Shown here: piece after piece, positions 18,909-31,557 of the stretch
Layout: each line of letters opens with the position of its first letter
Numbering within the stretch: position 1 is the stretch's first letter
Source of the DNA: Eledone cirrhosa
Lineage: Eukaryota
Assembly: GCA_964016885.1 (NCBI GenBank)
Contig: OZ024766.1
Span: 7,130,001-7,194,000 of the forward strand
Direction of reading: 5' to 3'
Length of the DNA: 64,000 bases
Made by a program: the position numbers and the translations under genes
Notes under the pieces: generated by a model
Told to the model about the DNA's origin: nothing
Seen by the model: only the letters and a program-made list of their open reading frames with translations
Databases searched by the model: none

Positions 18909-19100
18909 TAGGAACGAGTAGGACCCCGACGGCTGAGCTCAAGCCGTTTCGACGGCTAATTCAGTCCAGAATTAGCCGTCGAAACGGCTTGAGCTCAGCC
19001 GTCGGGGTCCTACTTGTTCCTATTACCCACTCTACTACCCTAAGTATTGAGTACTTTGGTGCGTTATGGTCCACCTGGTTCCTTACCACATTTCCTTCGT
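18909..19100. mobile_element. Near-perfect palindrome of about 110 bp plus tail; contains a hammerhead 3' half
   Basis: gtaggaccccgacggctgagctcaagccgtttcgacggctaattc-agtcca-gaattagccgtcGAAAcggct-tgagctc-agccgTC-ggggtcctac; second copy at 59133-59320. Confidence 0.8.
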
Positions 19101-21259
19101 TATATATATATATATGTGCAGAGGTTATATTTAATTTGTTGGGATTCAACAAGCTTAAAAAATTTTATATCTGATATAAAGCACTCAACAAGTTAGTGGA
19201 GTAAATACACAATATATTAAGTTTTATAAATATAGTTTCCATTTATTAATATATTGTATATAGAGGGTCGGACGCCATGCTTTCCAGCATAGTTACATCC
19301 CTTTACGATCTGAGTTCAAATCCCGCCGAGGTTGACTTTGCCTTTCATCCTTACGGGGTCGATAAAATAAAGTACCAGTAATGCACTGGGTAATTGCTGG
19401 CCTTGTGCCAAAAGTAGAAACAATTAATATATCGTATATATATATATATATATATATATATAATGTGTGAGTGCGCTTAATACTTTCGGTCATGAGAATG
19501 AGTACTCAATACCTTTGTAGAGATACATAGATAAATTTGATGTCCCACAAGACGGTTGGTGTCTTATTTAACTGCTAATCGAAGCAGGTCGAACGATCGA
19601 CTGAGGTTACGAGACGTGAATGTATAAGCAGATAGGCTAGACTTACCTCCCTTGAAATGATGTTTGTCTTATAAATATTCCAAGTTATCTTTTCTTGAGT
19701 ATTAAAACATTTACCTTTTTTTTTTTAAAAATAATATCCGTAACTCCTGGTATCGTAGTGCCGCCATATTGGAATTTGGCGTTTTTAGGGTATTTTTAAA
19801 ATCATGGCGGAGCTTTATTCCAGAGAAGAAAAGAGGGAGAATCTAACCCCAGTATTAGACTGGTAATTTTTAATAAGTAGATATTATGTATTATATTGTA
19901 TAGTCCTATAACTTCTGAAGGAGTCATGGAGGGGCTACGTATTAACATACAACATTTCTAGGGTATTTTTAAGTCCTGGTGGAGCCCATCTCCTGTCTCC
20001 AGGTCTGAATACAGCAGATTTCTTCCAGAGAAGGATAGAAAGAACGAGAAAAGAGGAATAATTAACCCCAGTGCATGACTGGTATTTTTTTTATCGACGA
20101 AAGGCAAATTTGACCTCAACAGAATTTAGATAGAGTGTGTGAGAAAGAGATACTTTTTTTTGCTCTAACCACTAAACCATGTGCCTATATATATATATAT
20201 TTCACAGAACTTATGTTCACCGAATTCACAGACTAGATCCCTTCTTCCTCCCGTTAGACCTGTACGGAATTCCTTCCTTGCTCACATTCCAACCAGGTTT
20301 GATGGTCTTTATTCTCTCTCATTCACGATTTCACCGAACTTATATTCATGGAAATTTGGAACTTGACTCCTTCTTCCTCACTTTTCGTTGCTTCACCATC
20401 TTTGTTTGTTTACACTCTCGTGTCCCCTTTATTTACGTGTCCCAACGACTTTTTTTAGCCGTTGCTCGCACCAACCGGAGGTATATGGTCTTTAAAGCGA
20501 TGAAATACCAATGATGGTTGGAAGATCACTGATGAAGGACTAACTTTATTCATATATATATATGTATATATATATTGGTCAATCATTTATAAACATTAAT
20601 TGCCAGATAAATTAACTATGGAGATATAAAAGATACAGCACCGAAAACCAATCCAAAGCAAACAGTGAGTGTGTTTTATTATTATTTCTGGAAATATAAC
20701 AATATGACCTTCCCCAAATATAACAATATATATAGAGATAGATAGTGAGAAAGAGATATAGAGGAAGAACTGACCTCAGTACTTGACTGGTACTTTTTGA
20801 AATCGACTTTAAATGGATGAAAAGCAAAGTTGACCTCAGCAAGATTTAAACTGATAGCAAAAAGGCTGAACTAATACCATAAAGGATTCTATCTAATGTT
20901 CTAACAAGAATTTCATTCCACATATGATGTATATATATATTTTTCACAGTATAAATATATATATTTTTCCCTGGATTTCTTTAAATTCTGTTGGATAAAT
21001 CTATATCCTGATTCTTTTTGAATTGAGTTTGAATTATTTTTCCCATTTTCACGCTATAGTCACTTATATATTATCGAATATTGTTAGCTTCTCGCTACAA
21101 CAATTTCTATATTTTCATTTATATATATATATAGTTAGAGAAGCAAAAAATTGCTTATTGTGATCCAGTTTTTGGTTAAGAAAGCCAGTTTCATGGATGT
21201 TTTCAACGTACGTAACTCCACAAGTTTGTAAGAATTCCGTTCAATCTTGGAGTATAAAG

Positions 21260-21500
21260 TATAAAAGACAAAACACAGGTAAGCATTAAGAGAAGGATTT
21301 TATCCAGGTATTTACGACCGTTTCATTGGTAAGTGCAACCTTATATTGCTATACTGCAAATAGCAGCCACTCAATTATAATTGTTGTTCACAGTCCAAAT
21401 TTTCAAAATAGCAATATAAGGTTGCACTTACCAATGAAACGGTCGTAAATACCTGGATAAAATCCTTCTCTTAATGCTTACCTGTGTTTTCTCTTTTATA
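21260..21500. mobile_element. Inverted-repeat element (about 93-bp arms) with a GAAACGGTC hammerhead-like 3' half
   Basis: 21260-21352 is the reverse complement of 21408-21500; ends in (TA)n. Confidence 0.7.
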
Positions 21501-21866
21501 TATATATATATACACACTTGCTCTGTATCTCTTTCTCACTTTTCTCTCTCTCTTTATTCTTCTCTGGAAGGAATCTGCTGTAATCAGACCTGGAGAAAAG
21601 AGATGGGGGGGGGGGGGGTCTGCCAGCTTTAAAAAAATGCTCTAGGAACGCTGTATGTTAATACAGCGCCCCCTACGAGTCACTCAGGAGTTACAGGACT
21701 TTAAATGTAGTTTTGTTGTTGGGGAAGTGATGTTTGTGATAAAGCTGATATATAAAATGAAATTTTATTTATACATACATACCTATATATAGATATATAT
21801 ATACGTATGTATGTGTATATATACATAGATCATGATACACATTATATATATATATATATATATATA

Positions 21867-21965
21867 TAGGGTGTCCCTCCAAAATGTATACGCACTCTAA
21901 CAGCATTCTAATAAATATTGTCTGTACAGGTAATCAAAGTGTGTATACATTTTTGGGACACCCTC
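21867..21965. mobile_element. Tc1/mariner-like MITE of about 100 bp; related copy at about 9512-9586 and partial ends at 22030-22800
   Basis: TIRs gggtgtccctccaaaatgtatacgcact / agtgtgtatacatttttgggacaccc inserted in TA repeats. Confidence 0.65.
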
Positions 21966-21995
21966 TATACATACATCTGTATATATACATACATA

Positions 21996-22028
<33 letters not shown>

Positions 22029-22172
22029 TTGGGGTGGGCTAAATTAGGATTTTCATACATTTTTTTGGGACATTCTGTATATATATATATATATATGCAT
22101 ATACATGTGTGTATATATATTTAAGTTGGGCAAAATTAGGGGGTTCTTTTTCATACATTTTTTGGGGACACC

Positions 22173-22211
<39 letters not shown>

Positions 22212-22231
22212 TATAAATGTATGCACATACA

Positions 22232-22271
<40 letters not shown>

Positions 22272-22363
22272 TATATACATGTGTGTATGTGTATATATAT
22301 ATATATATATTTACGTTGGGCAAAATTAGGGTTTTTTCCATACATTTTTTGGGGACACCCTGA

Positions 22364-22401
<38 letters not shown>

Positions 22402-22802
22402 GCATATATATTTATGTACATACATGTGTGTGTGTATATATATGTATATATATATATTTATATGCATATATATTTATGTACATACATGTGTGTGTGTATA
22501 TATATGTATATATATATATGCATATATACTTATGTACATACATGTGTGTGTGTATATATATGTATGTATATATATGTATATATATATATGCATATATACT
22601 TATGTACATACATGTGTGTGTGTATATATATGTATATATATATATCATCATCATCATCATCGTTTAACGTCCATCTTCCACGCTTGCATGGGTTTGAATA
22701 TAAGTTGGGTAAAATTAGGCTTTTTTCATACATCTTTTGGTGACACCCTGCATATATATATATATCTATATATATTTGGGTTGGGCTAAATCAGGGTTTT
22801 CA

Positions 22803-24014
22803 TCAGGTCAAAGACAAAAGTTTAAACTGTTTGTCTTTCAGGGGTCTCCAACTGTAGCCAAGTTTCCCTGAAACGTAGTCTTTGACAGAATCAAGGTTGT
22901 ATGAAGTTTGTTTCAGCCATCTGTGGAACTTGTCTGACCACTCGGGCAAACGAGGCCAGTCGTATTTCCTTATCAAAGCATTCTCGCGTATGTAAAGTTT
23001 CTCGAGGTTTTTCGCCTCGCTCACCACGAGAAGTAACGTGGCTGTTGAGATCCTTTCTTTTAAAATAAGGGTGTGGAGTTTGTGACAGCTTTTCACCATC
23101 ATCAACAGGCTCGAGTCGGCCCTTTCTGTGAACGAACGCGACCCGTGAACCCTTGGCAGTTTGAGTTGGGCGAAAAGTTCGAGGTTTTTGTGGTAGAGGT
23201 CAGCGATTTGCATAGCGATGGCGGGTTTGAGCCGACTGCGTGGGTTCTCGTGAATCACAGAGTAGACAGGAGCACCTGGTTGTTGCATCATGTCCCTGTC
23301 CAATCTCCCGAGTGTTCTGAGTACCACGCGGATGTATGGGATCATCTCGAGGAGGAAACTCCATGTGGCCGGAGCTATGGGGACGCTAGAAGGCGTGAGG
23401 TGATCTTCTACAATCTGGATCTCCGTTAACTGGGTTCCCGCAAACAGCAACACGCTTTCATCGTCGATGTTATTCGGGGAGATGACCAGCTTTTGTAAGG
23501 CGGACATTTGCGCGACCATCGTAAACGGAAACACGTCGTTTGTACAGTTAATTAACGCGAGGGTCTGTAAAGAATCTCCGCTTGTTCTGTAGATCGGGTC
23601 GAGGAAATCTCCAGCGTCTTTCGCGTCCAGCATTAAATTGGCCAACCGGATCTCCTTGAGGTTTTTCATGCTTCCGACCACATTCTTGGTCTTGTCTAAG
23701 ATGTCTCCCCCCGTTCCGTGAATGCTCACACCGCTGTGGTCCCAGAACTCACAGTGGAAAGTGAAGTGGAACGTTCGTAGATGTGGCATGGGATATTCCT
23801 CGAAGTAGCTTAGGAAATATCCGAGAACCCGAAGGAATTCGTAGAGGTTGAAGTAGTCTTTGATTGGGGGAATGATAATATGTTTGAAGAACGAACCAAC
23901 TCGAGCTAAACATAGCTGTACCTTTCTAGGGTCGCTCTCATGTTGGTAACCCAAGTATAAATTGAATTTCTTTCGAGTGAAGGATCTGTCGTTTAGTGTG
24001 AAAGTTTCCCACAC
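22803..24014 (-). CDS. F-box/LRR-like protein, terminal coding exon
   Basis: Minus-strand tttcag acceptor at 24015-24020, then an open 403-codon frame VWETFTL...KLLSLT* with LRR-like LxxLxL segments (LKEIRLANL, LQTLALINC, LQKLVISPN, LHTLILKE, LEKLYIRE). Confidence 0.92.
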   Translation of the reverse strand: MWETFTLNDRSFTRKKFNLYLGYQHESDPRKVQLCLARVGSFFKHIIIPPIKDYFNLYEFLRVLGYFLSYFEEYPMPHLRTFHFTFHCEFWDHSGVSIHGTGGDILDKTKNVVGSMKNLKEIRLANLMLDAKDAGDFLDPIYRTSGDSLQTLALINCTNDVFPFTMVAQMSALQKLVISPNNIDDESVLLFAGTQLTEIQIVEDHLTPSSVPIAPATWSFLLEMIPYIRVVLRTLGRLDRDMMQQPGAPVYSVIHENPRSRLKPAIAMQIADLYHKNLELFAQLKLPRVHGSRSFTERADSSLLMMVKSCHKLHTLILKERISTATLLLVVSEAKNLEKLYIRENALIRKYDWPRLPEWSDKFHRWLKQTSYNLDSVKDYVSGKLGYSWRPLKDKQFKLLSLT

Positions 24015-24119
24015 CTGAAATAAATAAATATATATATCATCATCATCATCATCATCGTTTAACGTCCATCTTCCACGCTTGCATGGGTTTGGACGTATCT
24101 ATATATATATATACGTTAT

Positions 24120-24366
24120 TCCGGGTTGAATCGGAGGTAACCACAGTAAGTAAGGTACTCAATACATGGCAGAGTATAACAGTTTTAATATAGATGAGAT
24201 TCTACAGGACTAGAACTGTTTCATTCATTAGAAATCATCAGGAATCTGGGTATCAAAAAATAAATATCATATAAATACCATATTTATTTTTTGATACCCA
24301 GATTCCTGATGATTTCTAATGAATGAAACAGTTCTAGTCCTGTAGAATCTCATCTATATTAAAACT
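24120..24366. mobile_element. Fold-back element with two type I hammerheads (24197-24247 minus, 24300-24350 plus)
   Basis: AGATTC-CTGATGA-tTTC-taat-GAAt-GAAA-CAG-ttctagtc-CTG-TA-GAATCT; arms 24181-24267 and 24280-24366. Confidence 0.85.
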
Positions 24367-24434
24367 ATATATATATATAAATGATGATATATATATGTAT
24401 ATATATGAATGAAAATATACAGGTGATAATGTAT

Positions 24435-24875
24435 GTATGTATGGAGACTTAATTCTTAGTGGAATCTTAGGGGCGCCATCATGACGTGGTATGTCGTAAT
24501 AAGGTTTGGATCTAGTGGAACTCATCCCCTTTCAAGGTCTATGTATGGAGACTTAACTCTTAGTGGAATCTTAGGGGCGCCATCATGACATAAGGTGTGT
24601 CGTGATCTGGTTTGTATCTAGTGGAACTCATTCCCTTTCCAGGTCTATGTATGGAGACTTAACTCTTAGTGGAATCTTAGGGGCGCCATCATGACATAAG
24701 GTGTGTCGTGATCTGGTTTATATCTAGTAGAATTCCTCCCCTTTCCAGGTCTGAATTATGTATGTATGTATGTTCAGAGACTTAACTATTAGTGGAGTCT
24801 TAGGGGCGCCATCATGATATAAGGTATCTTGAGCAAATTTATATTAAGTGGAACTCATCCCATCTCCAGGTCTGA
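24435..24875. repeat. Tandem repeat of about 106 bp, 4 copies
   Basis: gtatggagacttaactcttagtggaatcttaggggcgccatcatgac... recurs near 24440, 24543, 24649 and 24772. Confidence 0.85.
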
Positions 24876-25294
24876 AAATAGCAGATTTCTTCCTGAGAAA
24901 GAGATATAGAGGAAGAATCAACCCCAGTAGTTGACTGGTAGGTTTTTTTTTATTGACCCTGAAAGGATTTGAATGCAGAGAGCTGGACCGAACACCCTAG
25001 AGAGATTTGGCTGTTATTTCTAGGAAATTACATGAGGCTATAGAGAAGAATTGAACTCTTTAACCATACAGGAATACCTGTGATATACTATGGGCATGTG
25101 GCTAGAAATTCTCAGTAAAGAATGTATATATATTTATTAAAATAACAGATTAAAGTTTAAGCAAAGAATCGCTGCTTTCACCCTTAACGGGATCATATTT
25201 GCTCTATGGTTTTTATATATCTGATATATATATTTATCCTTAACGAGCCCTCTTTGGATTTTAGTCTTTACCTTTATTATTATTACTATATATA

Positions 25295-25835
25295 GGGCGG
25301 TGGATTGGCAGTATCGGTAGAGGGTCGGACGCCATGCTTTCCAGCATAGTTACGTCCCTTTACGGACTGAGTTCAAAACCCGCCGAGGTTAACTTTGCCT
25401 TTCATCCTTACGGGGTCGATAAAATAAAGTACCAGTAATACACTGGGTAATTGCTGGCCTTGTGCCAAAAGTAGAAACGATTATTATTACTATATATATA
25501 TAATGGAGGCACATGGCTTAGTGGTTAGAACATTGGCCTTACAATCGAAAGGTTGTGAGTTCAATTCTCAGACCGGGTGATGTGTTGTTTCCTTGAGCAA
25601 GACACTTTATTTCACATTGCTCCAGTTTACTCAGCTGTAGAAATGAGATGATAGGGACTGGGGTCCCGATCATTCCACTGCAAAGTGGTCGTGGAGGTGC
25701 CACGGCAAAAAAGCACCCAGCACTCACTGTAAATGAGGTTGGTGTTAGGAAGGGCATCCAGCTGTAGAGATCAAGCCAGAATCAGTTCCCGTCCCACCCT
25801 TGCAAGCAGGGAAAAGCGGACTAAAATGAAATGAT
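25295..25835 (+). mobile_element. Full SINE A (25295-25490) followed by full SINE B (25505-25835)
   Basis: Both have tRNA-like A/B boxes and simple-repeat tails and match other copies in the window. Confidence 0.88.
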
Positions 25836-26504
25836 AATAGTAATAAACGAAAGATATATACTCTATATCATCTCTATTTATTTCCTTATATATATTTCAG
25901 GGATGCTAGAAATTTGTTTGACATAAATTATAGTATGTCTTATATATAAAATGTTATATGACATACTCACAAGAGTGACCTCAACAGATATAATATATAT
26001 ATATATATTTGTTTTGCAAGGTTTTTGATATGAAATCGTGTGTTGAAACAAATATTGTTATACTTAAGTTGACGGAACTAGCATGGGTTTCACTGCTAGT
26101 ACCAGTTGCATCTCAGCGTACTCAACAGGTAATGTTAAGTAAACTCCCAGAGAGTACACAGTTATTTGCTTCAATACAACGCAATTAAATGGTTACCTAC
26201 ATCCTATACTCAAGCTAGGTTGGAAGTCATACAAATAAATACGTATATGTAGGTTCAAGAGTTGTTTCCCTTTCATCACTAAATTCATCTAAAATGGCGA
26301 CCCACTCTCCCATCTAATTTAATGCTTCATAACTTTCTTATTAATTCATATTTTTTAATGAAATTTTGTAGAGATACAAGTAAGAATATGTAAATTACGA
26401 ATTCTTTATTAGAATTGAAATATATACCCCCACGTAAAATTTTACACGACGTCGAGTTTTGTTTTACATGCTTTGAGGTAGGTTTTAATTTGATTATTAT
26501 TGCT

Positions 26505-26855
26505 AACACAAAAGATGGAGATTTGGCTGTTGTTTCTAACACAAAAGAGATGTAATTTGAGGGAGATTTGGCTACTATTTCTAACACAAAAGAGATGTGA
26601 TTTGAGGGAGATTTAGCTGCTGTTTCTCACACAAAAGAGGTGTGGTTTGAGGGAGATTTAGCTGCTGTTTCTAACACAAAAGGTGTGGTTTGAGGGAGAT
26701 TTGGCTGTTGTTTCTAACACAAATGAGATGGGATTTGAGGGAGATTTGGTTACTATTTCTAACACAAATGAGATGTGATTTGAGGGAGATTTGGCTGTTG
26801 TTTCTAACACAAAAAAAGATGTGATTTGAGGGAGATTTGGCTGTTGTTTCTAACA
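26505..26855. repeat. 45-bp minisatellite, about 8 copies
   Basis: gagggagatttggctgttgtttctaacacaaaagagatgtgattt. Confidence 0.9.
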
Positions 26856-26984
26856 TTGTATAAGATATTGGGGTGTTAAATTTTAGGGAGGTTTGACTGC
26901 TGTTTCCTTGCTACCAGAGTCATCATCATCATCGCATCCACTTTCTCTGCTAGCATGGGTTGGACAGGTCTACATAGACCAAGT

Positions 26985-28700
26985 CAGTACTGAAGTAATG
27001 CACCAGCTTCAGCATTCGGTGATCAGAAGGGAGGTAGATGTAAAAACCAAACTCCCTATCTTCAATTTAGTATTCGTACCAACCCTTACATATGGTCATG
27101 AATCTTGGGTAATGACAGAAAGAATACAATTGTGAATACAAGCAGTCGAAATAGGGTTCCTCTGAAGTGTCTTTGGAGTAACGTTACTCGATAAAGTTTG
27201 TAGCTTGGAGATCAGAGAGTCACTCCAGGTAGAGCCCCTACTTCTCTGAATTGAGAGACTACAGCTCTGATACTATGGACATGTGGTTAGAATGTCTCAG
27301 GAAGGATCTCTGAATTGAGAGATCACAGCTCTGATACTACAGACATGTGGTTAGAATGTCTCAGGAAAGAATCTCAGAATTGAGAGATCACAGCTGTGAT
27401 ACTACAGACATGTGGTTAGAATGTCTCAGGAAAGAATCTCTGGATTGAGAGACCACAGCTCTGATACTACAGACATGTGGTTAGAATGTCTCAGGAAAGA
27501 ATCTCTGAATTGAGAGATCACAGCTCTGATACTACAGACATGTGGTTAGAATGTCTCAGGAAAGAATCTCTGAATTGAGAGATCACAGCTCTGATACTAC
27601 AGACATGTGGTTAGAATGTCTCAGGAAAGAATCTCTGAATTGAGAGATCACAGCTCTGATACTACAGACATGTGGTTAGAATGTCTTAGGAAAGAATCTC
27701 TGAATTGAGAGATCACAGCTCTGATACTACAGACATGTGGTTAGAATGTCTCAGGAAAGAATCTCTGAATTGAGAGATCACAGCTCTGATACTACAGACA
27801 TGTGGTTAGAATGTCTGAGGAAAGAATCTCTGAATTGAGAGATCACAGCTCTGATACTATGGACATGTGGTTAGAATGTCTGAGGAAAGAATCTCTGAAT
27901 TGAGAGACCACAGCTCTGATACTACAGACATGTGGTTAGAATGTCTCAGGAAAGAATCTCTGAATTGAGAGATCACAGCTCTGATACTACAGACATGTGG
28001 TTAGAATATCTCAGGAAAGAATCTCTGAATTGAGAGATCACAGCTCTGATACTACAGACATGTGGTTAGAATGTCTCAGGAAAGAATCTCTGAATTGAGA
28101 GATCACAGCTCTGATACTACAGACATGTGGTTAGAATGTCTCAGGAAAGAATCTCTGAATTGAGAGACCACAGCTCTGATACTACAGACATGTGGTTAGA
28201 ATGTCTCAGGAAAGCATCTCTGGATTGAGAGATCACAGCTCTGATACTACAGACATGTGGTTAGAATGTCTCAGGAAAGAATCACTGAATTGAGAGACCA
28301 CAGCTCTGATACTATGACATGTGGTTAGAATGTCTCAGGAAAGAATCTCTGAATTGAGAGATCACAGCTCTGATACTACAGACATGTGGTTAGAATGTCT
28401 CAGGAAAGAATCTCTGAATTGAGAGATCACAGCTCTGATACAAGACCTGTTGGGAGGAGTGTTTGAGGGCTCTGCCTCCCCAGGAATAAGTGGCCCAAGA
28501 AGAAGATAATTCTTACCCTAGGGGAGTAAAGATGTGTCTAAAGCTGGCAAAGATTTTACGGGCAAAACTAACCGGCAAATGACCCAAGGGTAGATCCAAC
28601 CAGATTATTTGGAGATGTCTGCTTCTGACAGGACTTGCTGGAGGGAGTGTTTGAGGGCTCTGCCTCCCCAGGAATAAGTGGCTCAAGAAGAAGAAAAGAG
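26985..28700 (+). mobile_element. Degenerate RTE-like LINE 3' fragment with an internal 65-bp minisatellite (about 18 copies, 27246-28440)
   Basis: KTKLPIFNLVFVPTLTYGHESWVMTERIQL*IQAVEIGFL...EIRESLQVEPLLL*IERLQL*YYGHVVRMSQE; resumes after the array as LAKILRAKLTGK*PKGRS; (GAA)n-like tail. Confidence 0.85.
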
Positions 28701-28722
28701 AATGGGAAACGAAGATTCTTAC

Positions 28723-29139
28723 CCTAGGAGAATAAAAATATCTGTACCAACGTTGGCAAACCATGGAAGACTGGTGTCGATGTTTGGGAGAAAGAAGAGA
28801 GAGAATTTCCTCCAAGATTATGTCTGGTACAGCTGTCCACCCTTCCCAAATTTCTTCATAATTCCGATTGAAACGAAAGCTGTTTGTCTGTCCACCATCA
28901 TCATCATCATCATCATCATCATTGTCGTCATTGCCATCACCGTTGCTGTCATCACGGTAAAGTTCAGCTTCTTTTCCATCGTCACCGTCATCATTGTCAA
29001 TGTTGGTGTTGTTGTTGATGATACTGCGAGCAAGTCTGACATTGTTATCGCTTCCTTCCTCTTCTTCTTCACCGGTTCCTTCCTCGGACAACGATTCTGT
29101 CACGTAGTCCAAGAAATCGGTAAACAGATACCGCCACAT
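28723..29139 (-). CDS. F-box/LRR-like protein, first coding exon (acidic N-terminus plus F-box)
   Basis: ATG at 29139, 6 nt after a ttcag acceptor; WTAVPDIILEEILSLLSPKHRHQSSMVCQRWYRYFYSPR F-box motif; agg|gtaag donor joins in phase 0 to VWETF, giving about 542 aa. Confidence 0.88.
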
Positions 29140-29184
29140 CGATTTCTGAAGAAGAACAACAACAACAACTTCAATAACAAGATA

Positions 29185-29785
29185 AATAATAATTTCTAAT
29201 GTAGGCACAAGTCCAGCAATTACCCCAGTACATTACTGGTACTTTATTTTATCGACCCCGTAAGGATGAAAGGCAAAGTCAACCTCGGCGGGATTTGAAC
29301 TCAGAATCCCTCCGAGGTTAACTTTGCCTTTCATCCTTACAGGGTCGATACAATAAAGTACCAGTAATACACTGGGGTAATTGCTGGCCTTGTGCCAAAA
29401 GTAGAAATAATTATTACAGGGTCGATAAAATAAAGTACCAGTAATACACTGGGGTAATTGCTGGCCTTGTGGCAAAAGTAGAAACAATTATTACAGGGTT
29501 GATACAATAAAGTACCAGTAATACACTGGGGTATTTGCTGGCCTTGTGCCAAAAGTAGAAACAGTTATTACAGTGTTGATAAAATAAAGTACCAGTAATA
29601 CACTGGGGTAATTGCTGGCCTTGTGCCAAAAGTAGAAACAGTTATTACAGGGTTGATAAAATAAAGTACCAGTAATACACTGGGGTAATTGCTGGCCTTG
29701 TGCCAAAAGTAGAAATAATTATTACAGGGTCGATAAAATAAAGTACCAGTAATACACTGGGGTAATTGCTGGCCTTGTGCCTATA
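29185..29785. repeat. Back-to-back SINE A fragments, then a 77-bp SINE-tail tandem array (about 6 copies)
   Basis: Inverted arms centred near 29300; same 77-bp unit as at 10315. Confidence 0.88.
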
Positions 29786-29844
29786 TTGATAATAATAAAC
29801 GTTGCAATTTTTGGAGGAGATGGGAAAGTAAATTAAATCGACAC

Positions 29845-30073
29845 CAGCACATTACTGGTACTTTTGTGATAATAATAATAGTTTCTGGTAAAGATACAAG
29901 GCCAACACCAACCTCAGCGTATTACTGGTACTTTCTAATAATAATAATAGCTTCTGGTTAAGGTATAAGGCCAACACGACTCAGCGTATTACTGGTACTT
30001 TACAATAACAATAAACGTTTCTGGTTAAGGTACAATATCAACAACGGACCTAGCGTATTACTGGTACTTTCTG

Positions 30074-30105
<32 letters not shown>

Positions 30106-31045
30106 TTCTGGTTAAGGTATAAGGCCAACACGACCCAGCGTATTACTGGTACTTTACAATAACAATAAACGTTTCTGGTTAAGGTACAATATCAACAACG
30201 GACTCCAGCGTATTACTGGTACTTTCTGATAATAATAATAATAGCTTCTGGTTAAGGTATAAGGCCAACACGACCCAGCGTATTACTGGTACTTTACAAT
30301 AACAATAAACGTTTCTGGTTAAGGTACAATATCAACAACGGACTCCAGCGTATTACTGGTACTTTCTGATAATAATAATAATAACTTCTGGTTAAGGTAT
30401 AAGGCCAACACGACCCAGCGTATTACTGGTACTTTACAATAACAATAAACGTTTCTGGTTAAGGTACAATATCAACAACGGACCCCAGCGTATTACTGGT
30501 ACTTTACAATAACAATAAACGTTTCTGGTTAAGGTACAATATCAACAACGGACCCCAGCGTATTACTGGTACTTTCTGATAATAATAATAATAATAATAA
30601 TAATAACTTCTGGTTAAGGTATAAGGCCAACACGACTCAGCGTATTACTGGTACTTTACAATAACAATAAACGTTTCTGGTTAAGGTACAATATCAACAA
30701 CGGACCCCAGCGTATTACTGGTACTTTCTGATAATAATAATAATAATAATAATAATAACTTCTGGTTAAGGTATAAGGCCAACACGACTCAGCGTATTAC
30801 TGGTACTTTACAATAACAATAAACGTTTCTGGTTAAGGTACAATATCAACAACGGACTCCAGCGTATTACTGGTACTTTACAATAACAATAAACGTTTCT
30901 GGTTAAGGTACAATATCAACAACGGACCCCAGCGTATTACTGGTACTTTCTGATAATAATAACGGCTTCTGGTTAAGGTATAAGGTCAACCACGAACCAG
31001 AGTATTACTGGTACTTTACAACGCCCAGTATATTACTGGTACTTG
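29845..31045. repeat. Dimeric minisatellite derived from the SINE A tail (reverse orientation)
   Basis: Two alternating subunits, both ending cagcgtattactggtacttt, one with a variable (aat)n tract. Confidence 0.85.
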
Positions 31046-31218
31046 CAATGTGGTTCGTTTTAATCGTCTTTTTCGTTACCCTAAAATTGCTGACCTTGTG
31101 CCTTAAATCAGAAACCAATATTAATTTTTTGTAAAGTACCAGTAATTCACTGGGGTTCTGATTTACTAAGAATAGTAATAATATTAATAATATTAATAAT
31201 AAAAAAGACGTGTTTTAC

Positions 31219-31345
31219 CTGAGGGTAATAGAGAGAATGCTTTGTTGATTTTATATAAGTTAGAGTTGAGGGACGTTCTATAAATAGCCAGTGTTGTGTT
31301 GTGGACGGAAAGTGGCGAACACTGACGGAAAAGTACGACGGTGTT
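31219..31345 (-). other. Candidate 5' UTR exon of the F-box gene
   Basis: Unique CpG-containing segment ending cag|gtaaaa on the minus strand, upstream of the acceptor at 29146; no transcript evidence. Confidence 0.3.
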
Positions 31346-31350
31346 TTTTT

Positions 31351-31381
<31 letters not shown>

Positions 31382-31400
31382 CACATACACGTATATATAT

Positions 31401-31431
<31 letters not shown>

Positions 31432-31498
31432 CACACACACACATATATATATATATATACACACGTATACATATATATATACACGCACACACACACAC

Positions 31499-31557
<59 letters not shown>

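Noticed and set aside
20525-20552. CTGATGAAGGAC hammerhead-like 5' half
   Set aside because: No matching stem II or GAAA before the sequence runs into a TA tract; cannot be supported.
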